Positions 1 to 11,636 of a DNA stretch of 64,000 nt are shown piece after piece. The position numbers were made by a program, and so were the translations under genes. The notes under the pieces were generated by a model. That model did not search any database. It was not told where the DNA came from and was given only the letters and a program-made list of their open reading frames with translations. This stretch comes from Yuukianura sp. NJ FZ-2021. Its lineage: Eukaryota. The DNA lies in the NCBI GenBank assembly GCA_046563655.1, contig CM102283.1, positions 2,728,001 to 2,792,000 on the forward strand, read 5' to 3'. Numbering within the stretch: position 1 is the first letter of the stretch; every line of letters begins with the position of its first letter.

Positions 1-207
1 TTGAATGAGAGGAAACAATTGATTAATTTCAACAGTGAAGCTTTTTGATATCATTTTGTAATTTTAAATTTGATTTATTTTTAATTTCGCGCTAAATTTT
101 TGATTTCTTCTATCCATAATTGGTTTCGTCCATTTCGGAAACATTTCCGTCCATTCCAGTGGACGTTACAGTTATGCCACTGAAAGTTTAGTCATCCAAC
201 GACACTG
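1..207. mobile_element. Right end of a hAT-like MITE (CAGTGTTG...CAACACTG family), truncated by the window edge
   Basis: tttcgcgctaaatttttg..tttcgtccatttcgg..ccagtgga..gccactg..gacactg matches the right halves of the copies at 58445-58827 and 60544-60928. It is absent from the paralogous position (~9500). Confidence 0.7.
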
Positions 208-484
208 AATAAATGCTTCAAACAAACGTTGGTTGTGCGCGACGCATTCGGTTGGTAGTCTAAAAATGTTAAATGCACTGCAACCCCGTTTTTATTGAAG
301 CACATAAGGAAGTTTTGCTTTAACAATACTTCATATAGTTTTAGCTTTTGATGCCCAGAGGCAGGGGATATCTTTTCATGTTGAAACTAAAATACCATAG
401 TCAGTAACAAACATTCACTAACATTCGACCTTTAAATCTCCACTAATTTAGTTTTAACAGGGTCGACGAGCACTATTGGACAGA

Positions 485-1335
485 ATGTTTGGCAAACAGT
501 GTGTGGTGATGGTAGCGTTTTACATATTCTGGTTGTCCACTACTACCGGGCTAACGCGAGAATCAACACCGCATCCGAATTCACATACGGAGGTGACTTT
601 CTTAAAAGCCCGTTTGATATTCAAAATGAGTTCTCGTCATTTTTTTTAATACGACCTGTTTGCTTTTAAGGAGAATCCGACATACAACTTCTACTTTCCA
701 TTCCCCACCGAGAATTGCCCGGGTATGTACCACTTAAGATTTCCATAAAGAGCAACACACGTTGCTTTGGAACATGTGAAAGTAAAAACGCTATGTTGAT
801 TCATTTTTTAAAATTCTCCGAGAAAACAAGGATTGTCTTTTCAAAAAAAGAAAACTTTCAATTCCTGTTGGAAACTTCTTTTTCAACCAGCGTGATGGTT
901 TTTTCTCTTGAACGGGAAGACAAGATGGCTGATTTACATTTCCGACGCTTCCAAACAATGTTCCAAGGCTTTCGAAATAATTTGCTTTTAAATTTATGTA
1001 GACGAGTGCATGTACATCGCTGAATGTGGCACCGGGCGGGCACGCCGGACGGAGGATGAAATTGCGCGTGGGATAAACGTTCCTATGCAATACTTTGCAA
1101 CTGGAACTGGGTACTGCGAAGGCTTGTATAAACTCGACCCGGAATATTGCCCTCTTATAACTCCTACGGAGAATGTCTCATGCGGTGTGCCGGACTACGT
1201 TGTTCAACTCCCGAACACAATGGGTATGATGCCTACACACCTTTCCCTTCGGATAGGTTCGAAAGGATTGTAGAGGCCTACCGTAAGGCAAACGATACTT
1301 CCTTGTTTCTTAGCCGGTTCCATAACATTCAATAA
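485..1335 (+). pseudogene. Secreted 8-Cys orphan protein, copy 1, with a +2 frameshift (pseudogene or assembly error); nested in the CTL gene intron
   Basis: Exons ~485-592, 671-722, 1002-1335 give MFGKQCVVMVAFYIFWLSTTTG..ENPTYNFYFPFPTENCP/DECMYIAECG... There are 17 nt between the TGC and GGA codons at ~1151-1167 versus 15 nt in copy 2, splitting the ORF into 1010..1273 and 1147..1335. Confidence 0.75.
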
Positions 1336-1462
1336 TAAGCCAAAAAGTGTAAACAGACAAGCGAATATGCCGAAATGGCTTATACACTAAAATAAATTAA
1401 AAAGAAATAACTTGCACAAAAGTTTACATAAAAAGGAAATAAAAGTAATGAAAGGAATACTT

Positions 1463-2275
1463 ACGTAAGCATCAGGATTTCCTGCAAACAACCTGGAAAA
1501 CTTGAGTGAACAATTTCCGCTGTGAGATCGAAGCTCGTCAATGCTCCTACGTCGCGCTTCCACGTCGATCCAAAGGCCTTGAGTGTTGTTGGTTCCTGGA
1601 ACAAAAAGTTTTCCAAACAAATCATTTTCCGTTTCGCTGAGGGTTAAACTGACGTTTGCCATCTTATGCTTTCATTTTATCGTGTTGGGTAACAGCAATT
1701 TAGGCACTAACCTAGTACCTTAGTTATAATTTAACAATAAATTAACATAATACGTCTAAGTTGGCGGTAAATTCTGTTCATTATCTTCAACACTTAAAGC
1801 TTGAGCAACATGTTATTGACTTACTCATCAAATATAAACTAATTTCTTCATTCTCAGCCGCTGAAGTTATCAAACCTCGCTTCAAAGTGCCGTTGCAGCT
1901 CATGTCGCTCTCATTTGGAGGAAATACGGCATCACTTACAACGAAGCGGGAACTTTCACTGAGCCTTTGGTAACCAGAAGGAAGGGCACATGCCAAGGGT
2001 ACCCAAGTAGGATCAGCTCCTGTAGAACAATTAAAAAGTTAATAACGTTGTTTATAATATAATTAATAAATAACTTTATCATGAAGTTAAATCAATTTGG
2101 CAGAAAAAGGTGATATGTTTTCTTTAAAAAAAAATTTAAATTGCTCCTCCGTGTAAAGATTAGCCTTACGCTCAGAATGAAATCGCGGAGAGTATTGAAA
2201 TAGTTGTGCAAAAGTGTAACTTGCCCTGGAAAATGGTAAGGCACATGAAACAAATATATAAAATGTTAAACACAT
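1463..2275 (-). CDS. C-type lectin domain membrane protein, copy 1 (5' exons only; the 3' part runs off the left edge of the window)
   Basis: Signal-peptide exon MCLTFYIFVSCALPFSRA (~2275-2171), exon ~2019-1824 (..GLITSAAENEEISLYLM) and exon ~1596-1465 (GLWIDV..FSRLFAGNPDAY). All have GT-AG ends and are paralogous to the complete copy at 7595-11636. Confidence 0.75.
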
Positions 2276-3362
2276 TTTTAAATTTTCGTAATTTTTAGAT
2301 TGTCGTGATTTTGAAATCGAGAGAAATATCAGTCCAAGTCGTCGAATATCTCAAACTCTAGTGAAGATTCCCTTGCTAAGTTTCGTCCTTTTATTCTTCC
2401 GAGTTCTTAAGTGTTTGTTTTTTTTAAAAGTGCCCTGTGCTAAAATTGAATCCTGATTGTCGAATTCTAAACATCTTAAGTACTAATTTGGTTTTAGTGA
2501 AACACCAACTCTGAAGTAGTTCACAAATTAACAAACTTTAGTACAAAAAAATCATAAACCTGCAAGAGAGTTATTGTTACAAAAGCAATGAACTCCCGAA
2601 TGGTTTTATAAATTATGGAATCGAAAATACACATAATTGTAAACTGCCGAAGAAGAGCGTTATAATAAGTTTACTGTCACATAAACCTTAACATTGGACA
2701 CCTAGCCTATAATAAACTTTTGAATTGGTCGTGAAGAGCGCAAAAATAACTTCCGCAAGAAATTACTCCGCATAGAAAGTTTCTTTGTTACTAAAACTAC
2801 TAAAATTGGCCGCATGCAGTTAAAATTAACGATCTTTTCGCCATTACAGAGAAATATTGTTTCAGATTTCAATGTTTCATAAATTTTCATGGTTATTAAC
2901 TGGTGCAGGATCTAAATTTTTTTTCGTTTCGACGTTTTTTTCAAATAGATTGTCTTATTTTTTTGTGCATCATATATTGTTAGTGTTTTTGTTTGGGCTA
3001 CAGAATGGCGCTGAAATTCAAATAAACCAGTGCCATTTCTAAATTTGGACAAATTCATAACTTTTTCTTTATGTGAATTTTGAAACTTACATGGTATTAT
3101 TTTGAAGTATAAGTTACCTTTGGTAAATGCATGATGTTTTAGATAAGAGATAAGTGTTTGTTGTAAAGAATCGTATCATGTTTACACTAAAAAAAGAGTC
3201 AGTGTCACATGAGGTCACATGTTTTGACAAAAAGTTCGAGTGTTGTTTCAGGCAGGCAGTAGCTATTAAGGAAAATTACTTTAGTGTACCTCTGTGCGTG
3301 AGCACACGACGACATCGAAATATTTTGTATTTTTAAATTTGTTAATTTCGAACATTTTCGAA

Positions 3363-6300
3363 ATGGTTTCTTGGTTCAAAAACGGGAATACGAACGGGGA
3401 CAAATCTGAATATGAGCCGTTGTACCCCCTTCCACCGCCGCGGCGTGGTCAAACTCAGATGCTCAAGTACGTTACACTCTGTGGCGTCCTCTGTTTGGGC
3501 GTGGTGGCAGTCATTGTTGTTCTAGTTCTGAACGGAGCCGAGACTCCAGTGACGACCACTGAAAATGTGACGAACGACGGAGCAGCAGTTGCTCCGGTGC
3601 TGTTGAAAGCAACTCCTGCTGGAAATGAGCTGCCAACAATGCTTACCATCGCTGATCGCAACCCAACGCGTCCGAGGATTCCGTTTCCACCGTTCGAGGC
3701 TGAAGAACAAGACTCCGCTAGAATCAACTGGAGGTGGAATAGGGGGCGGGGCAAAACGTCAACAACAACACCAACCATAGCACCACTACTGGTGGAGGAA
3801 GAAGACATTTTGGTGGAGGTGGACCAAGGAGTTCTGCGCGGCACGAAAATGAAGTCTCGGGCTGGACGTGAATTTTTGGCGTTTATGGGCATACCGTATG
3901 CGAAGCCACCTTTGGGAGAATTACGGTTCCAGGTAACTGCAAGGCAGATGGAACTTTTCTAAAATTTGGAATTTGGAATTTTAAAATTGAAAATGATTTG
4001 GTTTTTTGTTTGAACAGCCTCCAGTTGAAGCTGAATCTTGGGAAGGAGTACTCAACGCAACTGAAATTCCACTGGAATGTATTCAAAAAGACAAGTACAA
4101 TTTGGATCCCGCAGCGGTCAAAGGGCAAGAAGATTGTTTGTACTTGAATGTCTACGTGCCTAAGGTAAGCATAACTTTTTAGACAAACTAACATAAAATT
4201 CATAAGGTTTTAAACTTTTTTCACTTTTGTTTTAGAAATATGATGAACTGAGACGACGCAGACACCGATTTCCGGTGATGCTGTACATCCATGGTGGCGG
4301 TCCGTATGGAAATGCTTCACGATACGGCCCGAACTACTTCATGGACGAAGATGTTGTTCTCATTATGATGAACTATCGACTCGGAATTCTCGGTGGGAGA
4401 TTTTAGGAATTCCAAAATTTTGAAAATTTGAAATGATTTGTCAAAATTTTGTTTGGAATTTCAGGAAATTTGAACACAAATGATACTGCAGCGACAGGAA
4501 ATCAAGGCCTGAGAGACCAAATCATGGCGATGGAATGGATCCAAGATAACATCAAGAGTTTCGGTGGAGATCGTGACAGGGTCACACTGTTCGGAAACAG
4601 TTACGGTGCAGTTGAAGTTCATGCTCATATACTCTCTCCTGCTAGCAAAGGTAAAATTTTATCAAGCTTTTCAAAAATCTTTAGTTTTTCAAAATTTGTG
4701 GTAAATCGAATCCAGGACTGTTCCACCGAGCCATTTGTGAAAGCGGAGTCATGTTGGATCCTGACACGTTCAACCAAAATCCAGCCAAAACAGCATTTGA
4801 ATTTGGTCCCAAAGTCAATTGCACAACGACCAACTCTACAGAACTCGTGGAGTGTTTGAGGTAAAAATTTTTTTCGAAATTTTGAATTTCATGAACAGTT
4901 TTTTCGAAAGAGTTCTTATCATTTTGTGATTTTCAGAAATGTTCCAGCCAATGAACTCGCATCAAAATCCCATTTACATGCATTCACCATGTCAATCGAT
5001 TTTCTTCCTGAAGATGGCGACGAAGCCGACCAAATCATCCCGGAACTTCCGCTGACTCGCATGCAAGAGGCAGACTACAACAATGTTCCGGTCATTTTTG
5101 GAGTAAATTCTGCAGAAGCACTGCACACATCACTGCGTAAGAAAAAAACAAGAAAACGTTTTGGAATTTTGAAATAATTTTTGTTTTTTTTATCTTTTTC
5201 AGCGATTCTTAACAATGCCACGATGACTCAACTGGTGAACGAGCATTTCAATGCTGTCATGACACCACTGCTGAAGATTGGCTCCACTGCTACGGACCCT
5301 GAAATGATTGTGACCGCCGCCCACGAATTTTATTTTGGCGGGAAAAACGTTAGTCGTGAAACGGAAGCCAACTTAACAGCTCTTTTCTCCGGTAAACTAT
5401 TTATACTTTATACATATTTGTGGTACAACACATATCCCGACCACCTACCACTTGCCCGACCACTTACTCTATTCCGACCACCTAACCTTCTCCGATCACT
5501 TACTCTATTCCCACCACCTATCACTTCTCCGATCACTTACTCTATTCCCACCACCTGCCTCCTCTTATCACTTACACTATTCCAACCGCCTACAACTTCT
5601 CCATACCGTATTTTCCCTAATAGTACACCATACCTAAATAGTACACCAGGTCCCTAATAGTACACCAGGTCCAGGGCCCGAAAAATTAATTAGTACACCG
5701 TCCCAAATAGTACACCAGGTCTCTAATAATACACCGGGTCTTTGGTAATACACCCAAGGAGTATGCCTAGTGTTGCTGTATGCTTAAACATCCAGTGGCT
5801 TAATCCATCCGGATATCCAATAGACTAAATGGGGTTGTAGTGGACGGTGAATGCAACAAATTAAAAATTCAGAGGAGTTCAAATAAATTTAAGTTAACTA
5901 TTATAAAATAATTTATTTGCATTTTAAACCGTCTCTTGATATGCGCACCCATTGACGAAATATCGAAAAAGTGGATTTCCAGCAACTCTGAGTATACGCC
6001 TACTGGAAAAGTTTGGCTATATTTAATTAAATTTTACAGTGTTGGTGGATGGATATAATACTTCTTCCACTTCCCTCAAAAGTGCTGGATATATCCGGAT
6101 TTTCTTGGTTTTTTCCGGACGAAACTCAATTTCGTCCATCTGAAACTGGATTTCATCCGGATTTATCCATTTATCCAGTGGATATATCTTGGACGAAATG
6201 CTCAAAAAGTGGATATCCACCAACACAGTGATTAAATACAACAGAAATAACATTAATGTTCTTTCTATCTTGTTCCTACACAACCAATTCTACAAAATAC

Positions 6301-7161
6301 ACATCATTTACAGGCTTCTTTAAAATTTTTACAAGCAAAATTCGAATATTTCTTGCGTAATTTCAATGAGAGGTTAGTAAAAAATAATAAGCTTTTTGGA
6401 AAAAAGAATTAATACACCGTCCCTAATAGTACACCAGGTCTCTAATAGTACACCACCCCCAGAAGTCGAAAACAAAATTAGTACACCAGGTGTATTATTT
6501 GGGAAAATACGGTATACACTTTCCCCACCCCTACCACTTCTCCGACCATCATCCGCTTTGAAAATTTTGAGCAAGTTTTTGAAAATATTTAATATTGTTT
6601 CAATTATTTGACAGATCGCGGGACCATTCATATGGTAATGACTGCCGCCAACTTTCAAGCTCTGAACAACAGACGCCGGAAACACGTTTACCTCTACTAC
6701 TTCAACTGGGAAGTGGCAAAGAAATACAGTCGTGTTGCCGAAGCCACCTATCAACCAGACCATTTTCTAGGTATACTTTTTCAAAATTTTGAAACTTTCT
6801 TGATTGAAATTTTGCGCTTTTTGGAAATGTAGGAGCTGCCCATGCCGATGAACTGCAAATGCTGTTTCCCTACGACGACTTCCCTTATATTCCTCTGGAC
6901 TCTGTTCATGCCAATTTGTCTTTAACAATGGTCAAGCTCTGGGCGACGTTTGCTGCCGACGGAGTGCCTTCAGGAACAGCCAATGAGTGGGAGCCCATCA
7001 AAGCAGATCAAAAACCGTTCAAACTTTTTGAACTGAACTCAAATTCACTGAAAATGATTGATCCAATTGGAGAACGCATGGCATTTTGGGACCAGTGGAA
7101 CCTCACTGACCTCTATGTGACCAAGGATCCACTTCATCCTGTCACAGCAACTCCACCATAG
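3363..7161 (+). CDS. Type II membrane-anchored carboxyl/cholinesterase (type-B carboxylesterase), copy 1
   Basis: Spliced exons give an N-terminal TM segment (YVTLCGVLCLGVVAVIVVLVL), then FMGIPYAKPPLGELRF, EDCLYLNVY, IHGGG, NYRLG, GNQGLRDQ, FGGD..RVTLFGNSYG (Ser), GVNSAE (Glu), GAAHADEL (His). Stop at 7161. Confidence 0.93.
5436..5600. repeat. ~37-bp minisatellite in the esterase intron
   Basis: Tandem units ccgaccacctaccacttctccgatcacttactctatt. The array resumes briefly after 6514. Confidence 0.85.
5606..6512. mobile_element. Non-autonomous Tc1/mariner (pogo-like) element with TA target-site duplication
   Basis: TA|CCGTATTTTCCCTAATAGTACACC ... GGTGTATTATTTGGGAAAATACGG|TA terminal inverted repeats, with internal aatagtacaccaggtc repeats. 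Absent from esterase copy 2. Confidence 0.85.
5768..6228. mobile_element. hAT-like MITE sequence (CAGTGTTG family) nested inside the pogo-like element
   Basis: The ends agtgttgctgtatgcttaaacatccagtggctt and aagtggatatccaccaacac are reverse complements of the ends of the 58445/60544 elements. An extra terminus cagtgttggtggat lies at ~6037. No clear TSD. Confidence 0.6.
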
Positions 7162-7189
7162 ATTATCCCAAAATATCTCCAAAATACTT

Positions 7190-7338
7190 TGACCGTGTTG
7201 TGTCGTCTACACATGGACACGGAAACGACACGACACGGAACGTTCCTTATCGTGTCCACAAAATGAGGAAACGGACACGGAACGACAAGGCACACGAGTT
7301 TCGTTTCGTGTCCGGACACGAAACGTTGCCCAGTCTAA
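7190..7338. repeat. GC-rich DNA-transposon end fragment at the duplication junction
   Basis: Repeated gacacgga/cgtgtcc motifs ending gttgcccagtcta. It begins where similarity between the 3' flanks of the two esterase copies stops. Confidence 0.5.
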
Positions 7339-7594
7339 TTTTCACGATTATTATTTAAGTGGTAAAGGATTCAAACTTTTTTGGTTGTACCTTTTTTTTC
7401 TCAAAAAATATTCTATATTATGGTTTTATTTTATTTTTTCATCAAATTGTTGATATTTATATTTATGTTTTTATAAAGTATTTTGTATTTTGAGAAAGGT
7501 TAATGGAGATAATCTTTTTTTCGAATTTTCACGCCCAGGGTTATCCACTAACTTATTCCATTTGTTTTTTAAACTGAATCAAAATGTTAAATAT

Positions 7595-10500
7595 TTACAG
7601 CAAATCTTGGAGTGTCTCGGATGTGAAAAGAATGCCTGCCGCTGCGACAGCTATGATGGATACCACAAGTGCCGTCCATGGAATCAAGAAACCTAAGGTT
7701 ACCATGAGCCACAGCATTCCACGAAAGCCGAATTCAGCAACTACGCTCACTAATGTCCCCAATCCGCTTCCTTGTGAGCTGCAATTTTTTCCGGTTATAC
7801 AGTGTTGGACAGTGGGACTTGGATCCAGTTCTTTAGAGGGAGAACGTTCTGCATCAAATTAAAAACAAGTCACTTACAAAGGAGAGTCAGTTAACTTATT
7901 AAGCTTAGGTTTGACTAATAGCACGCAAAAATAGCAGGTACCCGTGCATATGAATCGACGAGTGACGCTTTGGCAGTCATTCTGGAAGTCCACAAGGAGG
8001 GTGGTGTTAAAGTTGACTGAGGCGCAAGTGTCGTTAACACCAAACGATGCCCAGTAGCTCCCTTAACATAAATCGCCCAAAAAGAAATTTCGACTTTCTC
8101 CAGGTTAGATTACAAGTCATTTCAGCCGAAAACGGAAATTTTGACATGGCTTACCGTTGTATTGAAGACGAGGACGAAGGTCATCCATTCTGTTCATTAT
8201 TTCCTGGACTGAGGCAAGCGTCAAATTCTGGACTTTGCAACATGATAGTGCTGAGTTGTATACGAGCCGCTTCGTCGCAAGCCACGTTTGGTTGTCAATT
8301 TTCTCAAAGGACTTGTCATCTCGGCAGTCCTCGATCACTTGAAAATTAAGTTTAATTACTAAAATAAACTCGCAATTTTAACTTTAGTTTTTAGAATTTT
8401 TAGCTCCGGTGGTAGTCAGTCACCTCTCGTTTTATTTTGTTTACACAAAAACCTGATCGGAATTGTACATTCGAAGGACTGCGTGTACAGGGTTCCATTA
8501 TTTCCCGGTCCAATATTCAAACAGGATTCATTTCGTCTGGTTAATCTATTCAACCGAAGTGTCACAGAAGATGTACTGTTTAGCCAGTGGAATTGACCTT
8601 GCGAGGTGACTTTTGCTCCCAGCCAGAAGAACCAATACTTCACTAAAAGTTCAAAATGTTACTTTGCTAATTTTACAAGATTAAGTTAAGCATTACACAC
8701 ACATGAGCTTTCAGCATCCAACCATTTCCGGATTTGGTCAATTTCATTGGCGTCGTCCAGCACAGGAACGTCCATTCCAAAGAACTTACAACTTCTCATG
8801 GCATTTGGCCAGTCCCTCTGTGTAAGTTCATATTCAATTTATTATTCGAATTATAAATTTACAAAATTAAAATATTCAAGTTAGAGCGTTTGAAGAGAAA
8901 TGAGTGGAGTTCAGTAGCATAGCGCAAATAATACCTGATCCGTAGAGTAAAACAGTTGTGAATTTCCAAGTTGCCGCAGCTCATGTAACATTTCAGGCCC
9001 TTTGAAAAAAATAACATTTGGACACATTTTGTAGCATTTTGAAGACCGCGATGAAATGAAACTCATTATCGCAAGGGAATAAATTGAAATCAAATGAATT
9101 GTTTTAAATAACATTTAGAGAAAAATTGTAGCCGTGAACTGTCTAAAAATTAACGTTATCATTGTAAACATGTATGGCAGACCTAACCTGGTGTATTCAT
9201 GCAGTCGGGTGGTATTGTAGACGGTTGGCATTCGCAAAGCCCACTCCGTCGATGATCCCGTGAGTAATCACTGCAGAAATTATCACGCCACATCGCATTT
9301 GGACCGCTAAGCGGTTCAGACCAATTCATGGCGCGTGAGGTGTCCAGCGTTATGTACACACAGGAATCTTCACTTGCCTCCTAAACCCAGCAAAAACATA
9401 TTCTGATAATTAATTTCATCTCACTGATTATAATTACAGCTACATGATTTAATTTCTGGATTGTAGTTAGTTGTCGCTTTTCATAGGTGGCTCAAATTCC
9501 AAAAAAACTGCTATTTTTAATTATGGTTTGATGAACGTTTAAAATGTCGAACATTGAAACCATTAACGGTTTAAACGAAAAAATGGCTGTGGGATTGGCC
9601 TGCCGGTTCGTAATCTAACCATGTTAATTGCGGCCACGCATTGTTTTGAAGCATATAAGGAAGTTGCCATTTATTTACACTTCCTAGTTTGGCCTTTTCA
9701 TGCTCAAACGCTCTGGATACTTTTTTAAATTCAAACTTAGCATATCAGTAGTCACTAACACAGCTTCAGTAACCTCGGGCTTCACCAAATTTCAATCAAT
9801 TTTGTGTGTTCATTTTTACAGGGTCGACGAAAGCTTTAGGACGGAATGATTGACATAAGGTGTGTAGCGATTGTATCCTTGTGCATACTGTGGTTGTCCA
9901 CTATTGACGGTTTGACGCGGCAATCAACACCACATCCATATGTACATACGAAGGTGACCTTTTTGAAAAGCCCTTTTAACATTGAAAATGAGGTTTTATT
10001 AATGCTAATGCGACCTTGTTGTCTTTAAGGAAAACCCGACGCACCAATACTACTTTCCATTCCCCACCGAGAACTGCCCGGGTACATAACAGTTAATTAA
10101 GAACTCCATAAACGGCAACCCATGTGCCTTTGGAACAGCCGTGAACGTAAAAACGCCATGTTCAATATTCTAAAGTTCCCTGAGAAACAAAAGATTAGCT
10201 TTTCCAAGAAAAAAAAGAAGTTTTCATTCCTGGTTATTTTTGAACAGCGAGTTCTTTCCAAAAAGTCGGAATTAAAACCGCTTTTTTACCAGTGCGATTT
10301 TTCTTTTGAACCGAAAGACACGATGGCCCTTTTACGTTTCCGCTGCATCCGCACCATGTTTCAAATGTGAATTATTTCCATTGAATTTTGTGTAGACGAG
10401 TGCATGTACATAGCTGAATGTGGCAAAGGGCGTACAGCTCTGACAGAAGCAGAAATTAGCGGCGGGGTAAATGTCTCTGAGGCGTTCTTTGCTACTGGAA

Positions 10501-11636
10501 CTGGAAGCTGCGACGGTTTATATAAACTGGACCCGGAGTATTGCCCCATTGCCTCGTTCGGAGAATGTCTCATGAAATGTGCCGGACTTCGGTGCTCAAC
10601 TCCGGAACATAATGGGTTTGATGTGTATGATCCCATTCCGTCGGATAATTACGAGAGGATGGTAGAGGCTTACCGTAAAGCGAATAATACTAAGTTGACT
10701 ATGAGCGACTTCCGTCGCATCCAATAACAATTGTTGACAAATAAAAACGCAATATAAACGGAAATATTAAAAATATATTAAAAGGTAACAAAGGAATAAG
10801 TACATAAGAACCAGGATTTCCCGCAAAAAACCGAGAAAAGTTGAGTGAACAATTTCCGTTGTGAGATCGAAGCTCGTCAATCCTGTTACGTCGCGCTTCC
10901 ACGTCAATCCAAAGGCCTCGAGTATTGTTGGTTCCTGAACCAAAAAGTTTTCCGAAATTGAATCATTTTTCATTTTACACAGAAGTAAACTGACGTTTGC
11001 CCTCTTACGCTTTCGTTTTTCACGGTTGGGCAGGCTGAGCAATTAAAGCACTTAATAATTTAGTAATTAAATAAGCACTAAATTAAGATAATATGTATAA
11101 GTTGGCGGTAAGTCCTGTTCGTTCTTTAAAACTAGACTTTGAGCATGTTGTTGGTGACTTACTCATCAGGTACAAACTAATTTCTTCATTCTCTGCCGCA
11201 GAAGTTATCAAACCTCGCTTCAAAGTGCCGTTGCAGCTCAAGTGACTTCGATTTGGTGAAAATACGGCATCACTTACAACGAAGCGGGAACTTTCACTGA
11301 GCCTTTGGTAACCAGAAGGAAGGGCACATGCCAAGGGTACCCATGTGGGATTAGCTCCTGTAGAAGAAATAAAAGGTTTCTAACGTTGTTCTCATAATAT
11401 AATATAATACATAACTTTATTATTAAATTAAATAATTTAGGAGAAAAAGTTCATAATTTTTCTTTAAAAAAATTCGTAAAATTACACTGCATGTAACCTT
11501 ATTATTGATTGACCTTACGCGCGAAATGTGGCTCAGAATGAAATGGCGCAGAGGTTGGAAATACTTGTGCAAAAGTGTAACTTATCCCGGAAAATGATAA
11601 CCCACACGAAACAGATATAAAAACTGTTAGAAACAT
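7595..11636 (-). CDS. Multi-C-type-lectin-domain (about 3 CTLDs) membrane protein, copy 2 (complete)
   Basis: About 10 in-phase GT-AG exons. Signal peptide MFLTVFISVSCGLSFSG. CTLD1: ITSAAENEEI..GLWID..FAGNPGSY / EDSCVYI..WRDNFCS..GLCEC (9381-9188). CTLD2: RDWPNAMRSCKFFGM..FWLGAK..FHWLN..ESCLNI..CTIPIRFLCK. CTLD3: YNSALSCCKVQNLTLAS..YWASF..TCASV..CQSVTRRFICT. Hydrophobic C-terminus, stop at 7595-7597. Confidence 0.82.
9846..10727 (+). CDS. Secreted 163-aa cysteine-rich protein of unknown family, copy 2 (intact); nested antisense in the CTL gene intron
   Basis: Exons 9846-9953, 10030-10081, 10396-10727 (492 nt, in frame). Signal peptide MIDIRCVAIVSLCILWLSTIDG; 8 Cys in the mature part. Splice sites are conserved with copy 1. 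Confidence 0.82.

Noticed and set aside
715-1090. ORFs 715..1023(+), 791..1090(-) and 858..1043(-) as an extra exon or gene inside the nested gene's intron 2
   Set aside because: The paralogous intron (10082-10395) has indels and stops in these frames. The similarity is explained by the duplication.
3455-3892. Antisense ORFs over esterase exon 1 (also 12852..13241) and similar shadows over SMC2, BLM, EXD3 and the CPAP gene
   Set aside because: Opposite-strand shadows of real coding exons, with no motifs or splice support.
5620-5750. Regularly spaced aatagtacaccaggtc repeats resembling a CRISPR array
   Set aside because: Short, irregular spacing, no unique ~30-bp spacers and no cas genes. 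They lie inside a TIR element in a eukaryotic intron.
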